Positions 22,994-24,000 of a DNA stretch of 24,000 nucleotides are shown here, piece by piece; the stretch's first letter is position 1, and each line of letters starts with the position of its first letter. Where the stretch lies: positions 25,146 through 49,145 of the forward strand of contig NZ_FRCS01000028.1 in NCBI RefSeq assembly GCF_900143005.1. Reading direction: 5' to 3'. A program made the translations under genes and the position numbers. Below the pieces are notes generated by a model. The model did no database searches. It was not told where the DNA came from and saw nothing but the letters and a program-made list of their open reading frames with translations. The stretch is from Cryptosporangium aurantiacum. Its GTDB lineage: Bacteria; Actinomycetota; Actinomycetes; Mycobacteriales; Cryptosporangiaceae.

Positions 22994-23956
22994 GTGAGCA
23001 CGGTGACCGCACCGGCTCCACCGGTCGGGCTGCCCCCGCTGTCCGCCGGGCCGGGTTCCGGGCCGGTTCCGCTCCGGCCACTGTCGGTCGGCGAGATCCT
23101 CGACGGCGGCATGGACCTGCTCCGCAGGCACCCGGGCCCGACGCTCGGTGTCGCCGGCGTGATGGTCGTTCTGCAGCTGTTGATCAGCGTGCCGCTCTGG
23201 TGGGTTCTCACCAGCCTGCTCAGCCGCGACTCCGGCTCGCCGGGCACCGACATTCTGCTGCTGATCCTGACGCTGACCGCGTTCTCGGTGGTCGCGTCGC
23301 TGGGTTCGACGGTGTCGGCGGTGCTCACCAGCGCGTCGTGCGCGATCGCGGTGGTCCAGGAGACGGCGGGCGCCCCGACGTCGCTGGCCGTGTGCTGGGC
23401 TCGCCTGCGTCCGATGTTCGGCAGGCTGCTGCTGCTGGCCCTGGCGCTGACCGGGATCAACACGCTGATCGCGGCGATCCCGATCATCGGCTACTTCGTG
23501 CCGCTGTTCGGTGGCCTCATGCGGCTGTCGGTGCTGGTCCTGATCTTCGAGGGCGGCTCGATCGGTAGCGCGCTGAAGCGCGGCGTGCAGGTCGGGGGCG
23601 GCACCGGGGTCGGCCTGTTCCGGCAGCTCGGCATCCGGCTGCTGGCCGGCGTCGTCAGCGGCATCATCTGGTTCATCATGTTCTTCCCGCTGAGCGTCAT
23701 CCTCGGCCTGGTGGTGGAGCTGATCGTCGGCGAAGATCCGCTGGTCACCGGCGACCACGGCGCGCTGCTGCTGCTCACGCTCTCGATCGCGGTGGCGTAC
23801 TACCTGCCGCTGGTCGTCGTCTGGGCGTTCCGGTCCGGCATCGACACGCTGCTCTATCTGGACGGCCGGATGCGTACCGAAGCGCTGGACGTCGAGTGGG
23901 GGCTCGCGGCCCGGCGGTCCCGACTGAGCCGACTCCGCGGGGGACTTGTCCGATGA
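22994..23956 (+). CDS. Polytopic integral membrane protein of unknown function, divergent from mtrA
   Basis: High-GC3 ORF with about 6 hydrophobic helices (e.g. LGVAGVMVVLQLLISVPLWWVL, ILLLILTLTAFSVVASLG, LLLLALALTGINTLIAAIPIIGYFVPLFGG, GIIWFIMFFPLSVILGLVVELIV, LLLLTLSIAVAYYLPLVVVWAF). GTG start 22994 with GGGAGGGGG about 12 nt upstream. It resembles the membrane proteins that precede DUF4129/DUF58/MoxR clusters next to mtrA in actinomycetes (from recollection, unverified). Confidence 0.7.
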   Translation: MSTVTAPAPPVGLPPLSAGPGSGPVPLRPLSVGEILDGGMDLLRRHPGPTLGVAGVMVVLQLLISVPLWWVLTSLLSRDSGSPGTDILLLILTLTAFSVVASLGSTVSAVLTSASCAIAVVQETAGAPTSLAVCWARLRPMFGRLLLLALALTGINTLIAAIPIIGYFVPLFGGLMRLSVLVLIFEGGSIGSALKRGVQVGGGTGVGLFRQLGIRLLAGVVSGIIWFIMFFPLSVILGLVVELIVGEDPLVTGDHGALLLLTLSIAVAYYLPLVVVWAFRSGIDTLLYLDGRMRTEALDVEWGLAARRSRLSRLRGGLVR

Positions 23957-24000
23957 TTTCAGCGCTCCCGCTCGAGCCGTACCCACGGCAGCCGTCGGCC
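23953..24000 (+). CDS. Possible start of next gene (3'-truncated by window end)
   Basis: ATG 23953 overlaps the TGA 23954-23956 of the preceding gene (ATGA). The frame is open to the window end (MISALPLEPYPRQPSA...). Too short to assess. Confidence 0.3.
   Translation, partial: MISALPLEPYPRQPSA

Noticed and set aside
22871-23986. N-terminal extension of about 370 aa on the MtrA ORF (the 601-aa ORF-track entry)
   Set aside because: Response regulators of this family start at MRxxVLVVDDD (ATG 22870). The extension is Arg/Asp/Gln/Pro-rich junk and is antisense to a hydrophobic membrane-protein gene with proper codon bias.

Overview
High-GC (by eye above 70% G+C, strong third-codon-position GC bias) actinobacterial chromosomal DNA. 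I saw no rRNA, tRNA, CRISPR array, transposase or integrase. The right half (about 11.4-23 kb) is the conserved actinobacterial core block mtrA-mtrB-lpqB-comF-like-hpf-secA, all on the minus strand and in the same order I recall for M. tuberculosis Rv3246c-Rv3240c. It is flanked by a GNAT acetyltransferase, a DUF21/CBS/CorC-type transporter, an Rv3235-family protein and a polytopic membrane protein. The left half (about 1.1-10.7 kb) is more lineage-specific and is the part worth a second look. It is a co-directional minus-strand string with tiny gaps or 4-nt overlaps: SAF/CpaB-like protein, TadZ/CpaE-like ATPase (degenerate P-loop, about 200 aa Pro/Gly/Arg linker), WS/DGAT acyltransferase, patatin-like lipase, ChvE-like sugar-binding lipoprotein, 4HB methyl-accepting chemotaxis protein, small acidic protein. 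A divergent excisionase-type HTH gene and a protein with an internally duplicated domain lie next to it. The strongest candidates are (i) a sugar-binding protein and chemoreceptor module with no ABC transporter partner, and (ii) an orphan CpaB/TadZ-like pair with no Tad secretion genes in the window. All family calls rest on motifs read by eye and recalled family knowledge. No database search was possible, and most start codons are inferred from RBS and overlap context. The many long ORFs antisense to real genes are treated as high-GC artefacts.
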